From NCBI GenBank assembly GCA_041567895.1, contig JBFGAX010000008.1:1223-65222 (forward strand): a DNA stretch of 64,000 nt. Reading direction: 5' to 3'. Source of the DNA: Acidimicrobiia bacterium. GTDB taxonomy: Bacteria; Actinomycetota; Acidimicrobiia; Spongiisociales; SHLN01. Shown piece after piece: positions 1 through 12,519 of the stretch. Below the pieces are notes generated by a model. It had not been told where the DNA came from. It did no database searches and saw nothing but the letters and a program-made list of their open reading frames with translations. The number at the start of each line of letters is the position of its first letter. Positions within the stretch are counted from its first letter, which is position 1. A program made the translations under genes and the position numbers.

Positions 1-1013
1 TTGGGCGCGGTGCCGGAATAGACCCGAAAATACGTCAGTTTGCCGACGTGCGGATCGCTCATCAGCTTGAAGGCAAGGGCCGAGAAGGGCTCATCATCGG
101 AGACCTTGCGCTCCATGGTTTCTTCTGGATTGCCTGGCTTGAACCCGACTGTCGGCGGGAGATCGAGCGGCGAAGGGAGGTAATCGACGACGGCGTCGAG
201 GAGAGGCTGAACGCCTTTGTTCTTGAAGGCGGTGCCCGCCAGGACCGGCGTGAATGCCAGCGACAATGTGCCTGCGCGAATGCCTTGCTTCAGCTCCGCT
301 TCGGTGAGGTCGCCGTTCTCGAGGTACTTGTCGAGCAACTCCTCGCTGGTTTCGGCGACAGCCTCGACCAGTTCGGCGCGCTCGGCTCTGGCCTTTTCGA
401 CCAGCTCTTCGGGAATCTCGCCGACGGTCGGCTCACTCGGATCGTCGCCTTCCCACTGCAGGGCTTTCATCGCAACCAGGTCGACAACTCCTCGAAAACC
501 CCCCTCGGATCCGATCGGCACGTGCAGCCGGATCGGAGTGCCATCAAGGCGTTCAACGATCGAATCGACGCTCGCGTAGAAATCGGAGCCGATGCGATCC
601 ATCTTGTTGATGAAGCAGATACGGGGAACTTTGTACTTGTTGGCCTGGCGCCATACCGTCTCAGACTGAGGTTCTACTCCCGATACTGCGTCGAACACCG
701 CAACCGCGCCATCGAGGACGCGGAGAGATCGCTCGACCTCGGCCGTGAAGTCCACGTGTCCCGGCGTATCGATGATGTTGATCCAGTGATTGTTCCAGCT
801 ACAGGTGGTCGCAGCGCTCGTGATCGTGATCCCGCGCTCTTGCTCCTGTTCCATCCAGTCCATGACCGCCGCGCCGTCGTGAACCTCACCGATTTTGTAC
901 GATTTGCCCGTGTAGAACAGGATCCGTTCGGTGGTCGTCGTCTTGCCGGCATCGATGTGGGCCATGATGCCGATATTGCGAATTGACTTGAGTGGATGTT
1001 CTCGTTTACCCAT
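1..1013 (-). CDS. fusA: Elongation factor G, N-terminal part (the gene continues past the left window edge)
   Basis: Absent from the ORF track because it is open at the window edge. The reverse-strand ATG at 1013..1011 reads [70 protein letters not shown]...[11 protein letters not shown]. GTPase G1 (AHIDAGKT) and G3 (DTPGH) motifs are present. It lies directly downstream of rpsL-rpsG, as in the conserved str operon. The 312-aa plus-strand ORF 48..986 is its antisense shadow. Confidence 0.95.
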   Translation of the reverse strand, partial: MGKREHPLKSIRNIGIMAHIDAGKTTTTERILFYTGKSYKIGEVHDGAAVMDWMEQEQERGITITSAATTCSWNNHWINIIDTPGHVDFTAEVERSLRVLDGAVAVFDAVSGVEPQSETVWRQANKYKVPRICFINKMDRIGSDFYASVDSIVERLDGTPIRLHVPIGSEGGFRGVVDLVAMKALQWEGDDPSEPTVGEIPEELVEKARAERAELVEAVAETSEELLDKYLENGDLTEAELKQGIRAGTLSLAFTPVLAGTAFKNKGVQPLLDAVVDYLPSPLDLPPTVGFKPGNPEETMERKVSDDEPFSALAFKLMSDPHVGKLTYFRVYSGTAP

Positions 1014-1018
1014 GATTC

Positions 1019-1486
1019 CTACCAGCGGTAATGGGCAAAGGCCTTGTTGGACTCTGCCATCTTGTGAATATCTTCCCGGCGCTTCACCGCTGATCCCGTG
1101 TTATTGGATGCATCAAGAATTTCGTTTGCGAGACGTTCCACCATCGAACGCTCACGCCGGCGGCGTGCGTAGTCGACCAGCCAGCGAACAGCCAGCGTCG
1201 TCTGGCGACGGGGCCGAACCTCGACAGGAACCTGATAGGACGATCCACCGACCCTGCGGGAGCGGACCTCGACCGAAGGACGCAGGTTGTCGATGGCGCG
1301 CTTGAGCACCACCGTCGGATCGTCGTTTGCTCGTTTTTCGACGAGCTCGAGGGCCTCGTAGACGATTCGCTTCGCGCCTGCTTTCTTGCCTTGCTGCAAC
1401 ACCTTGTTGATCACCTGGGTCACGAGCACGCTGCGATACACCGGATCGGGGTCGACGCGACGGACTTCGGCTGCTGAACGACGCAT
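1019..1486 (-). CDS. rpsG: 30S ribosomal protein S7
   Basis: 155-aa ORF. It has the characteristic S7 C-terminus [21 protein letters not shown] and the [16 protein letters not shown] core. It starts 2 nt after the rpsL stop and is followed by fusA. Confidence 0.97.
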   Translation of the reverse strand: MRRSAAEVRRVDPDPVYRSVLVTQVINKVLQQGKKAGAKRIVYEALELVEKRANDDPTVVLKRAIDNLRPSVEVRSRRVGGSSYQVPVEVRPRRQTTLAVRWLVDYARRRRERSMVERLANEILDASNNTGSAVKRREDIHKMAESNKAFAHYRW

Positions 1487-1488
1487 GA

Positions 1489-1857
1489 CTAGCCCTTCTT
1501 CGATCCGTAGCGGGAGCGGCTTTGTTCGCGGGCGGCGACACCAGCGGCATCGAGCGCACCGCGGATCACCTTGTAGCGGACGCCCGGCAGGTCTTTCACA
1601 CGACCGCCGCGGACCAGAACGATGCTGTGTTCCTGGAGGTTGTGGCCTTCACCCGGAATGTAGGCGGTCACCTCGATACCCGACGTGAGCCTGACACGGC
1701 AGACCTTGCGAAGAGCGGAGTTCGGCTTTTTGGGCGTTGCGGTATAGACGCGGGTGCACACCCCGCGGCGCTGTGGCGATCCCGCCAGGCCGGGGGTCTT
1801 TTCCTTTTTCGACTTCTTGCTGCGCCCTGAACGGACGAGTTGTTGGATGGTTGGCAC
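1489..1857 (-). CDS. rpsL: 30S ribosomal protein S12
   Basis: 122-aa ORF with a GTG start. It reads MPTIQQLVR...[19 protein letters not shown]...[19 protein letters not shown], the textbook S12 sequence. Confidence 0.97.
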   Translation of the reverse strand: MPTIQQLVRSGRSKKSKKEKTPGLAGSPQRRGVCTRVYTATPKKPNSALRKVCRVRLTSGIEVTAYIPGEGHNLQEHSIVLVRGGRVKDLPGVRYKVIRGALDAAGVAAREQSRSRYGSKKG

Positions 1858-2278
1858 CCGTTGCTCTTTTCGGTCTGTTCGTGTTTTGTTGAAATTCGTG
1901 TCGTTGTGAAAACTGTCTTCGTGACATCACCGCCCGTCGATCGTTCGACCTCGAGGGATGTGACGGGCCCCCGGACGGCGCACCGCTTTCCAGAAAAACC
2001 GCGCACAGAAAAATCGGCGTCCTCTTCTCCCAACAACCTGCATCACAATGGACGTCGAATCGTGGACGCAGTCCGATGAGGACTCAATCCGTCGACCCGG
2101 GTCCGATGCCGTGTGGCAGCGGAGTCGCCGACCCTTTCTCCGAACCTGCCTGTGGGACTATTCACCGATTAGCGGGTCGGTCGGTGAACCCTCTAGGCAA
2201 GGCCCTGTGCACGCGCACCTGCGCGAGATCTGGAAGTATAGACCGTGAATCGGCCGGTGGGCAAGCCACTTCGCAATG

Positions 2279-4123
2279 TCAGGAACCACTCTCGTGCCAC
2301 GGAATGGCCGTGCCTGTCTGGACCTTCCAGAGGGCGGCATACATGCCATCGTTCCTCAGGAGATCGTCGTGGTTGCCCTGTTCAGACACTCCGCCGGCAT
2401 CGAGTACCACGATGTTGTCCGCATGGCGAACTGTGGAAAGGCGGTGGGCGATCACGACCGTGGTCCTGTCAATGGAAATCTTCTCGAGCGAGCGCTGGAT
2501 CGCAGCCTCGGTCTCGTTGTCGACCGAGGATGTGGCTTCATCGAGCACCAGGATCGGAGGATCCTTGAGAATTGCCCTGGCGAGCGATATGCGCTGGCGC
2601 TGGCCGCCTGACAGCTTTTGTCCTCGTTCGCCGACAATGGTGTCGTACCCATCCGGAAACGACATGATGAACTCGTGAGCTTCGGCGATCGTGGCTGCCT
2701 CGATGATGCGATCAATTGCAGCGTCCGGTCTGCCGTACGCAATGTTTTCCCGGACCGTACCGTGGAACAGGAATACGTCCTGGGAAACGAGTCCGATCGC
2801 ACCCCGCAGACTGGCGAACGACAGGGTTCGGATATCGATCCCATCCACCTGAATCGAACCAGCCGTCGGATCGTAAAAACGGAGCAGGAGTTTGATGACT
2901 GTCGATTTGCCTGCACCGGTGGATCCGACAATCGCGACCGTAGCTCCGGCGGGAACGTCGAACGACAAATCCTCCAACACCGGGACTTCGTTCGCGTATG
3001 CGAACGAAACTTGATCGAAGGTCACCCGCCCGGCGACCTCGTCCTCGGCCAGGAGGACCGATCCTTCTTCGATCGCAATGGGTGTATCGAGCAAATTCAG
3101 AATGCGATCCGTCGACGCCATAGCACGCTGGTACTGATCGAAGGTCTCGCCGAGGCGGGTGAGCGGCCAGAGCAAACGCTGGGTCAGAAAGACCATGATG
3201 GTGTAGCTGGCCACTGCCATCGAACCCTCGGTCACGTACCTTCCCCCCAGAACGAGGGTGGCCACGAAACCGACGAGAATGGCCATTCGGATCAGCGGGG
3301 TGAACGCCGAGCTGATGCGTATTGCTTCTCGATTCGACTCTACGTAATCGCTGCTCGCATCCTGGATTCGCCCGGTTTCGTGTTGCTCGCTCGTGAAACT
3401 CTTGATCGTTGCGATTCCGGAAAGGTTGTTGGACAGATAATCGTTGAGGAAGCCGACTCTCGCCCGCACGTCGGCGTATCTGGGTGCAATGAAGTCCTGG
3501 AACTTGAACGAACCCCACAGCACGAGCGGCATCGGCAAAAACGCCAGGATCGCCACCCTCCATTCGATCAAGAAAAAGGCGACGCCGATCGTCACGACGG
3601 TCGTTGCCACTTGAACCACCTCATTGGCACCATCGTTCAGAAAACGCTCGAGCTGATTGACGTCATCGTTCAAGATCGCCATCAGGCCCCCGGTGGACCG
3701 ATCTTCGAAGTAGGCGATCTCGAGGCTCTGGACGTGCTGGTAGGCGTCAAGCCGTAGGCCGTGTTGGATATCCTGGGCCAGGTTGCGCCATGTGAGCTTG
3801 GCGAGGTACTCAAAGAGTGATTCGAAGATCCAGACAGCGATCGTGAGGCCGGCCAGAAGCCAGAGCTGGCCCATGATGGAGGTTGGTCCGAATCTGGCCA
3901 GGAAGCTGTTTTCTTGCTCAACCACAACGTCCACGCCCAGACCGATCAGCAACGGCGGCAAGACGTCGAACACCTTGTTGAAAATCGAAAAAGCGACGGC
4001 TGCATATATGCGCCGCCGGTAGGGAGCGGCGTAGGTCAACAGCCGGCGCAAGGCCTTGCGTTCGGCGGCACCGCTGCGCTCGCTGTCAACCTTTGATTCG
4101 CTCTCTTCGCGTGCCTCATCCAT
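2279..4123 (-). CDS. ABC exporter with fused permease and ATPase (MsbA/multidrug type)
   Basis: N-terminal six-TM-type region followed by an NBD with Walker [10 protein letters not shown], signature [14 protein letters not shown] and Walker [10 protein letters not shown]. The track ORF runs to a GTG at 4288. I prefer the ATG at 4123 ([12 protein letters not shown]...) because the upstream 55 aa look non-coding. Confidence 0.9.
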   Translation of the reverse strand: MDEAREESESKVDSERSGAAERKALRRLLTYAAPYRRRIYAAVAFSIFNKVFDVLPPLLIGLGVDVVVEQENSFLARFGPTSIMGQLWLLAGLTIAVWIFESLFEYLAKLTWRNLAQDIQHGLRLDAYQHVQSLEIAYFEDRSTGGLMAILNDDVNQLERFLNDGANEVVQVATTVVTIGVAFFLIEWRVAILAFLPMPLVLWGSFKFQDFIAPRYADVRARVGFLNDYLSNNLSGIATIKSFTSEQHETGRIQDASSDYVESNREAIRISSAFTPLIRMAILVGFVATLVLGGRYVTEGSMAVASYTIMVFLTQRLLWPLTRLGETFDQYQRAMASTDRILNLLDTPIAIEEGSVLLAEDEVAGRVTFDQVSFAYANEVPVLEDLSFDVPAGATVAIVGSTGAGKSTVIKLLLRFYDPTAGSIQVDGIDIRTLSFASLRGAIGLVSQDVFLFHGTVRENIAYGRPDAAIDRIIEAATIAEAHEFIMSFPDGYDTIVGERGQKLSGGQRQRISLARAILKDPPILVLDEATSSVDNETEAAIQRSLEKISIDRTTVVIAHRLSTVRHADNIVVLDAGGVSEQGNHDDLLRNDGMYAALWKVQTGTAIPWHESGS

Positions 4124-4252
4124 TGGCCGAAAACTAGCCCGCCGGTGCGGTGGTGAAAGGTGCGCTCGCGGGCATCGACTCCCACTGCGTGTCAACATAT
4201 ACTGCCTGTTCGCCCCGTCCCACCAGGGATCCGCAACCGCCAGGATCGTCGC

Positions 4253-5257
4253 ATGCTTGCTGTCGAAGTCGAGCACATCAAAAAGCACTATGGCGACGTC
4301 CGCGCCCTCGATGGAATCGACCTCTCGATTCCACGCGGTGGCGTCTACGGACTCCTTGGCCCGAACGGTGCCGGTAAAACCACGCTGGTACGCATCCTCG
4401 CCACCCTCCTCAGGCCGACCAGCGGTCGTGCCAGGGTGCTGGGCGTCGACGTCACCAAGGATCCAGGAGCTATTAGACGCCGGATTGGGCTTGCCGGACA
4501 GTCGGCCGCGGTCGATGAGCTGCTCACGGGCCGTGAGAACCTCGAAATGGTAGGACGTTTGTATGGTTTCAATCGGATCGAAGCGCTCCGGCGAGCCGAC
4601 GACGTCCTGGAGCGGATCGATCTGACCGAAGCCGCCAACAGGACGGTCAAAACGTATTCAGGCGGCATGCGGCGACGCCTCGATCTCGCGGCGAGTCTGG
4701 TCGGACACCCGGAGCTACTCATCATGGATGAGCCGACCACGGGCCTCGACCCCCGATCTCGCCAGGACCTCTGGGAGCTGATCGAAGAACTCGTTGACGA
4801 AGGCACCACCCTCCTCTTGACAACCCAGTACCTCGAAGAAGCAGATCGCCTGGCCCGTCAGCTCGTCGTCATCGACAACGGCAAGGTCATAAGCCGCGGG
4901 ACACCGGATGATCTCAAAGCACAGCTGGGCGGCGATGTCCTCGAACTTCACCTCGAAGACATGGGCAAAATCAGACTCGTGCTCGAGCAACTCGAGGGGC
5001 TCGGATCGTCACCTGCCACCGTGCACGACGACACGGGATTGATCTCCCTCACAGTCGGACAGGACACCGGCGCCGTGGTGGAGGCCCTTCGCAGACTCGA
5101 CCAGGCCTCGATCCAACTGCGGGATTTGAGCCTTCGCCAACCGACCCTCGACGACGTGTTTCTGACGCTCACCGGCCACAAAGCCGAGGTGAGCGAGCCT
5201 GAGCCTTCCGTCGGTAGAAGACGAAGACGAAAAGCGAGAAGCGGAGACCGGGCGTGA
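4253..5257 (+). CDS. ABC transporter ATP-binding protein, DrrA (daunorubicin-resistance) type
   Basis: Walker [10 protein letters not shown], signature [12 protein letters not shown] and Walker [14 protein letters not shown] chose the ATG at 4253 ([15 protein letters not shown]...) rather than the track start at 4160. The stop overlaps the next start (GTGA). Confidence 0.9.
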   Translation: MLAVEVEHIKKHYGDVRALDGIDLSIPRGGVYGLLGPNGAGKTTLVRILATLLRPTSGRARVLGVDVTKDPGAIRRRIGLAGQSAAVDELLTGRENLEMVGRLYGFNRIEALRRADDVLERIDLTEAANRTVKTYSGGMRRRLDLAASLVGHPELLIMDEPTTGLDPRSRQDLWELIEELVDEGTTLLLTTQYLEEADRLARQLVVIDNGKVISRGTPDDLKAQLGGDVLELHLEDMGKIRLVLEQLEGLGSSPATVHDDTGLISLTVGQDTGAVVEALRRLDQASIQLRDLSLRQPTLDDVFLTLTGHKAEVSEPEPSVGRRRRRKARSGDRA

Positions 5258-6078
5258 CAGCACACGCAGCCATCGACGCTCTCCGAACCCGTCCCGATGG
5301 TGTTGCCGGGATGGTCGCCGACATCGTCACCGTTGCGAAACGCAACATCATCAGGGTGTTTCGGACGCCCGAACTGCTCGTCTTCTCCACCATCCAGCCG
5401 ATCATGTTCGTTCTGTTGTTCAACTATGTCTTCGGCGGTGCCATACCGATTCCCGGTGTCGACTACATCAACTTCTTGATTCCGGGCATCATCATCCAGA
5501 CCGCCACCTTTGGCGCCTCCAATACTGCCATCGGTCTGACCGAGGATCTACAAGCCGGAATCGTTGATCGCTTTCGCTCGCTGCCGATGGCGCGGTCCGC
5601 GGTGCTGGCGGGGCGGGTCTTCGCCGACACGCTCCGCAATCTGTGGGTGATTTTGCTGAGCGTCGGCATCGGCTATCTGATTGGCTTCCGTTTCCAGGCC
5701 GGTTTCGTAAACGCCGTTCTTGCGATCCTGATCGCGACTCTGTTCGCATTCGCCATGAGCTGGGTGTTTGCCGCCATGGGCTTGCTGACCAAGACTCCCG
5801 AAGCGGCCCAGGCTGCGGTCTTTGTGCCGATCTTTCCGTTTACGTTCGCTTCATCTGCGTTCGTACCCACCGAGACCATGCCCGGCTGGTTGCAGGCGTT
5901 CGCCGAGAACCAACCGGTCACGGCTGCCATCAACGCCATGCGATACCTGGTACTCGGCGAGAGTGAGTTTCTCAACCTGAACTCCGGACAGGTGGTGGAG
6001 GCGTTCGCCTGGAGTCTGTTGATCTTCGGTGTCTTCTTCTACCTCGCCGTGCGACTGTACCGCCGCAGCTCGGAATGA
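5254..6078 (+). CDS. ABC-2 type transporter permease (DrrB-like)
   Basis: 274-aa polytopic protein with about 6 hydrophobic helices. GTG start overlapping the ATPase stop, which is the classic DrrA/DrrB pairing. Confidence 0.85.
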   Translation: MTAHAAIDALRTRPDGVAGMVADIVTVAKRNIIRVFRTPELLVFSTIQPIMFVLLFNYVFGGAIPIPGVDYINFLIPGIIIQTATFGASNTAIGLTEDLQAGIVDRFRSLPMARSAVLAGRVFADTLRNLWVILLSVGIGYLIGFRFQAGFVNAVLAILIATLFAFAMSWVFAAMGLLTKTPEAAQAAVFVPIFPFTFASSAFVPTETMPGWLQAFAENQPVTAAINAMRYLVLGESEFLNLNSGQVVEAFAWSLLIFGVFFYLAVRLYRRSSE

Positions 6079-6512
6079 CAATGGGCGAGGTCGTGGTTCC
6101 TATCGATGTGCCGATCATCGGCGACGAACGGCGCAAGAACTGGGCCAAGATCGTCTCAAACGTCGACCCCGACAAATCCGACGGCTGGGCGTACGAGGGC
6201 GACTTCATCGACGTTGGTGGGATCGTCGATCTGGCAACGCCCGCCGTCCTGCTGATTTATGGCGAGAAAGGCAGCCGCACGAATCCTCAGATCGAAGCCG
6301 GCGCATATGTAGCGAATACCGACGGTTCCATCACGCGACATGCATCGGCTTCGGGTCGAACCTGGGCGAGAACCCTGCGTGACGCCATCGCCGAACTCGT
6401 GGCAAACGCCGATCAGCAACCGCTCCAACGACTGGCATGGGACGCGCGGCTCACGGCCTATTCGGACGAGGCTTTGGCCCAGGAGCTACAGCGGCGCCAG
6501 GATGCAAGATGA
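6075..6512 (+). CDS. Hypothetical soluble protein, no recognisable family
   Basis: 145-aa ORF with high third-position GC. It has ATGA overlaps with both the upstream permease stop (6075-6078) and the downstream start (6509-6512). No signal peptide or TM segment. Confidence 0.6.
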   Translation: MTMGEVVVPIDVPIIGDERRKNWAKIVSNVDPDKSDGWAYEGDFIDVGGIVDLATPAVLLIYGEKGSRTNPQIEAGAYVANTDGSITRHASASGRTWARTLRDAIAELVANADQQPLQRLAWDARLTAYSDEALAQELQRRQDAR

Positions 6513-7561
6513 GTGACCTCGACGAGAGCGACCTGGACGCAGACCCTGAGCTCGACGACCTTCTCGCCAGGGCCGAAGACGGAGATGCGACCGCCATGGT
6601 CCGGCTTGGCGCCATCTGCGTCGAAGAGAACCTCACCGCTAAAGCGCGAGAGTGGTACAACAGAGCCCGGGAAGCGGGCGAAGCGACGGCGTATCACGGT
6701 CTGGCGAGTATCAGCCAGGCATTCGGACAGAACGCCGAGGCAACCGAACTCTACGAGCAGGGCATCGCGGCAGGCGACGACGAGTGCTATCTGCCTGCCG
6801 GCCAGCTCATGCTGCTGGTAGGCAGAAACGAAGACGCCATAGATCTACTCCAACGAGGATTCGCGTCTGGCGTCAGCCTGTGTGGAACCACCCTCGCCAA
6901 CCACTACTTGCGAACCGGCAAACGAGATGAAGCTGAATCCTGGTTTCTGCGGGCCGCCCGGCACAACGAACCGGCAGCTGCACACGTCGTGGCCCAGATC
7001 GCTCAGGCCAACGCGCCGGTCGAGCATGCCATCGAACTGCACACCTTCGCCGCAGATCTTGGCGAGATCGACTCTCTCATCGCGGCCGACCTTCTCGCAG
7101 ATTGGCGCACCGATGACCCGGACGAACTGTATGGCCTTGCCGACGATGGCGATGTGGGAGCCATGGTTTCGCTGGGGCGAGACCTCGCGCAAGAGGGCAA
7201 CCTTTCAGAAGCGGTGGAGTGGCTCTCCGCGGCGGTGGAAAGCGGATCACTCCGGGCGCTCACAGCGCTCGGTGATGCGTTCGCCGATGCGGGCGACGCC
7301 GAAGAGGCCGAGCACTGGTATCGGACCGCGGCCGAATCCGGCGACCGGCTCGGAACCTACCACCTCGGGCGGTTGCTGATCGACGCCGGCCGCGAAGAAG
7401 AAGCAATAGCTCTCCTGGAGACCGGCGGAACAGCCGAGAGTTTCATGCTGCTCGACGAGGCGTGGGCAGCACTCGGGGACCACGCCCGGGCAGAAGCAGC
7501 GCTGGACGAGCTCAAGGAGCTGGTCGCCACCATTGTGCCACCGCCACTCCTCCAGCCATGA
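6509..7561 (+). CDS. Sel1-like/TPR repeat protein, cytoplasmic
   Basis: The ATG at 6509 overlaps the previous stop. The N-terminus is acidic (MSDLDESDLDADPELDD). Helical repeats of about 36 aa recur, for example GDATAMVRLGAICVEENLTAKAREWYNRAREAGEA and GDVGAMVSLGRDLAQEGNLSEAVEWLSAAVESGS, then ALGDAFADAGDAEEAEHWYRTAAESGD. Confidence 0.7.
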   Translation: MSDLDESDLDADPELDDLLARAEDGDATAMVRLGAICVEENLTAKAREWYNRAREAGEATAYHGLASISQAFGQNAEATELYEQGIAAGDDECYLPAGQLMLLVGRNEDAIDLLQRGFASGVSLCGTTLANHYLRTGKRDEAESWFLRAARHNEPAAAHVVAQIAQANAPVEHAIELHTFAADLGEIDSLIAADLLADWRTDDPDELYGLADDGDVGAMVSLGRDLAQEGNLSEAVEWLSAAVESGSLRALTALGDAFADAGDAEEAEHWYRTAAESGDRLGTYHLGRLLIDAGREEEAIALLETGGTAESFMLLDEAWAALGDHARAEAALDELKELVATIVPPPLLQP

Positions 7562-7613
7562 TTCCCGCCCGATTCTGCTGCAACGTTTGCCGGCTCTTCA
7601 CCGTCCAGGCTCC

Positions 7614-8528
7614 ATGAAGCCATTGGTGATGACCGTTGCCTCGGTGTTGATCCTGACTGCATGTGGAGGCATCGACCCCGCCGTGGACGAGAGTTCGACG
7701 ACAGCTGTCGAGTCAACCACCTCAACGACAGTGGAGCCCACAACCAGTTCATCGACATCGACAACGTCCACGTCGACGTCTTCGACCACATCGACGACCG
7801 TGGCACCACGCCCAACGATCGTGGTCACCGATGCCATGCGAGAATTCCCGGCGTATGAGGGCGACGGCTACACACTGTTCTACGCCGAGGACCCCGACCC
7901 CGGCAATCTGGGATGCGAGGGCTTCCCGCAAACCAGGCTCTGGGTCCAGCGAGACGACGGACCCGCCGAACTCGTTACCGAACTACCTGAGGCGGGCACG
8001 ATCTATCCGGGGCCGGACGGGCGCATCCTGGTTGTCGCAGGCTGTGAAGGCTTCCTGGGATCGCTGTATCACGCCGACGTCTCCTCTGATGGACGGTTCT
8101 CGAACATCGTGGAGATCTACCTGGCGCTCGAGGCGGCCTTCGGATTCGACTGGGTTGATCGAGATACGATCTCCCTCACCGCTGCCACCTACGAAGGTGC
8201 CTGGGGCGGCAAAGACGACGAGACTCGTCCGCTTACGATCCACCTCGAGGCCACCGAGCACGTTGTCGTCACGACCAGGGGCGAAGCTCCAGTCGTGGCG
8301 ACGGTCACCGAATGCTCATTCGAAGACGGCAACCTGACCCTCGAGGCCGAAGATGACCTCTTTGGTCCGGTGAAGATCGACGGGGACACAGTGACCTATC
8401 TCGATCGAACCGTACCTGCCTCCATCATCAACGGGCCGGATCCTGATTTCCCGCTGCGGACCATGTTCGGAACGACAGTAACCGGCGAGAACGTCGTGAC
8501 GTCGGTGTGGGGACCGAACTGCTTTTGA
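7614..8528 (+). CDS. Lipoprotein with Ser/Thr-rich linker and a domain of unknown function
   Basis: The ATG at 7614 gives MKPLVMTVASVLILTAC with lipobox L-T-A-C. A roughly 40-aa S/T linker follows, then a 240-aa domain with the GCEGF motif twice (LGCEGFPQ, AGCEGFLG) and a C-terminal WGPNCF. Confidence 0.75.
   Translation: MKPLVMTVASVLILTACGGIDPAVDESSTTAVESTTSTTVEPTTSSSTSTTSTSTSSTTSTTVAPRPTIVVTDAMREFPAYEGDGYTLFYAEDPDPGNLGCEGFPQTRLWVQRDDGPAELVTELPEAGTIYPGPDGRILVVAGCEGFLGSLYHADVSSDGRFSNIVEIYLALEAAFGFDWVDRDTISLTAATYEGAWGGKDDETRPLTIHLEATEHVVVTTRGEAPVVATVTECSFEDGNLTLEAEDDLFGPVKIDGDTVTYLDRTVPASIINGPDPDFPLRTMFGTTVTGENVVTSVWGPNCF
7689..7811 (+). repeat. Low-complexity ACN/TCN codon tract encoding the Ser/Thr linker
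   Basis: Encodes ESSTTAVESTTSTTVEPTTSSSTSTTSTSTSSTTSTTVAPRP. The DNA is made of imperfect tcgac/acgtc/accac repeats. Confidence 0.6.
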
Positions 8529-8537
8529 TACCCGAAA

Positions 8538-8564
8538 GATCCCCGGGTGGTTGACCCGGGGATC
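8538..8564. terminator. Perfect 10-bp GC-rich hairpin between convergent genes (lipoprotein gene and rpoC)
   Basis: GATCCCCGGG-tggttga-CCCGGGGATC, with arms at 8538-8547 and 8555-8564. It sits in the 61-nt gap between two convergent stops. There is no clear U-tract on either side. Confidence 0.6.
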
Positions 8565-8589
8565 CATCCGCTGTTGTCTTGTGAAGCTA

Positions 8590-12495
<3,906 letters not shown>

Positions 12496-12519
12496 GTGTG
12501 ACTCCTTCTCTCCGCCTGG

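Noticed and set aside
48-986. 312-aa plus-strand ORF at the left edge
   Set aside because: It is the antisense shadow of fusA. The minus strand here encodes unmistakable EF-G motifs ([13 protein letters not shown]). The plus-strand product is Arg/Ala/Asp-rich with no recognisable motif.
1858-2278. 421-nt region upstream of rpsL as a possible ribosomal-protein leader or small RNA
   Set aside because: I saw no convincing conserved structure or ORF by eye. It is most simply the rpsL promoter and leader plus the 3' flank of the ABC exporter gene.
6437-6508. Longer N-terminal extensions offered by the ORF track for many genes (for example 6437, 7533, 16270, 23663, 36236, 37510, 46151, 47433, 53767, 62307)
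   Set aside because: The extensions overlap upstream genes, are rich in Arg/Pro/Ser and precede an internal start. That internal start shows either an ATGA/GTGA coupling overlap, a Shine-Dalgarno sequence or the expected family N-terminus.
4253-8528. The idea that the block between rpoC and rpsL is a horizontally acquired insertion
   Set aside because: It has no flanking repeats, no integrase or tRNA and no visible compositional break. Actinobacteria commonly have unrelated genes between rpoBC and the str operon.
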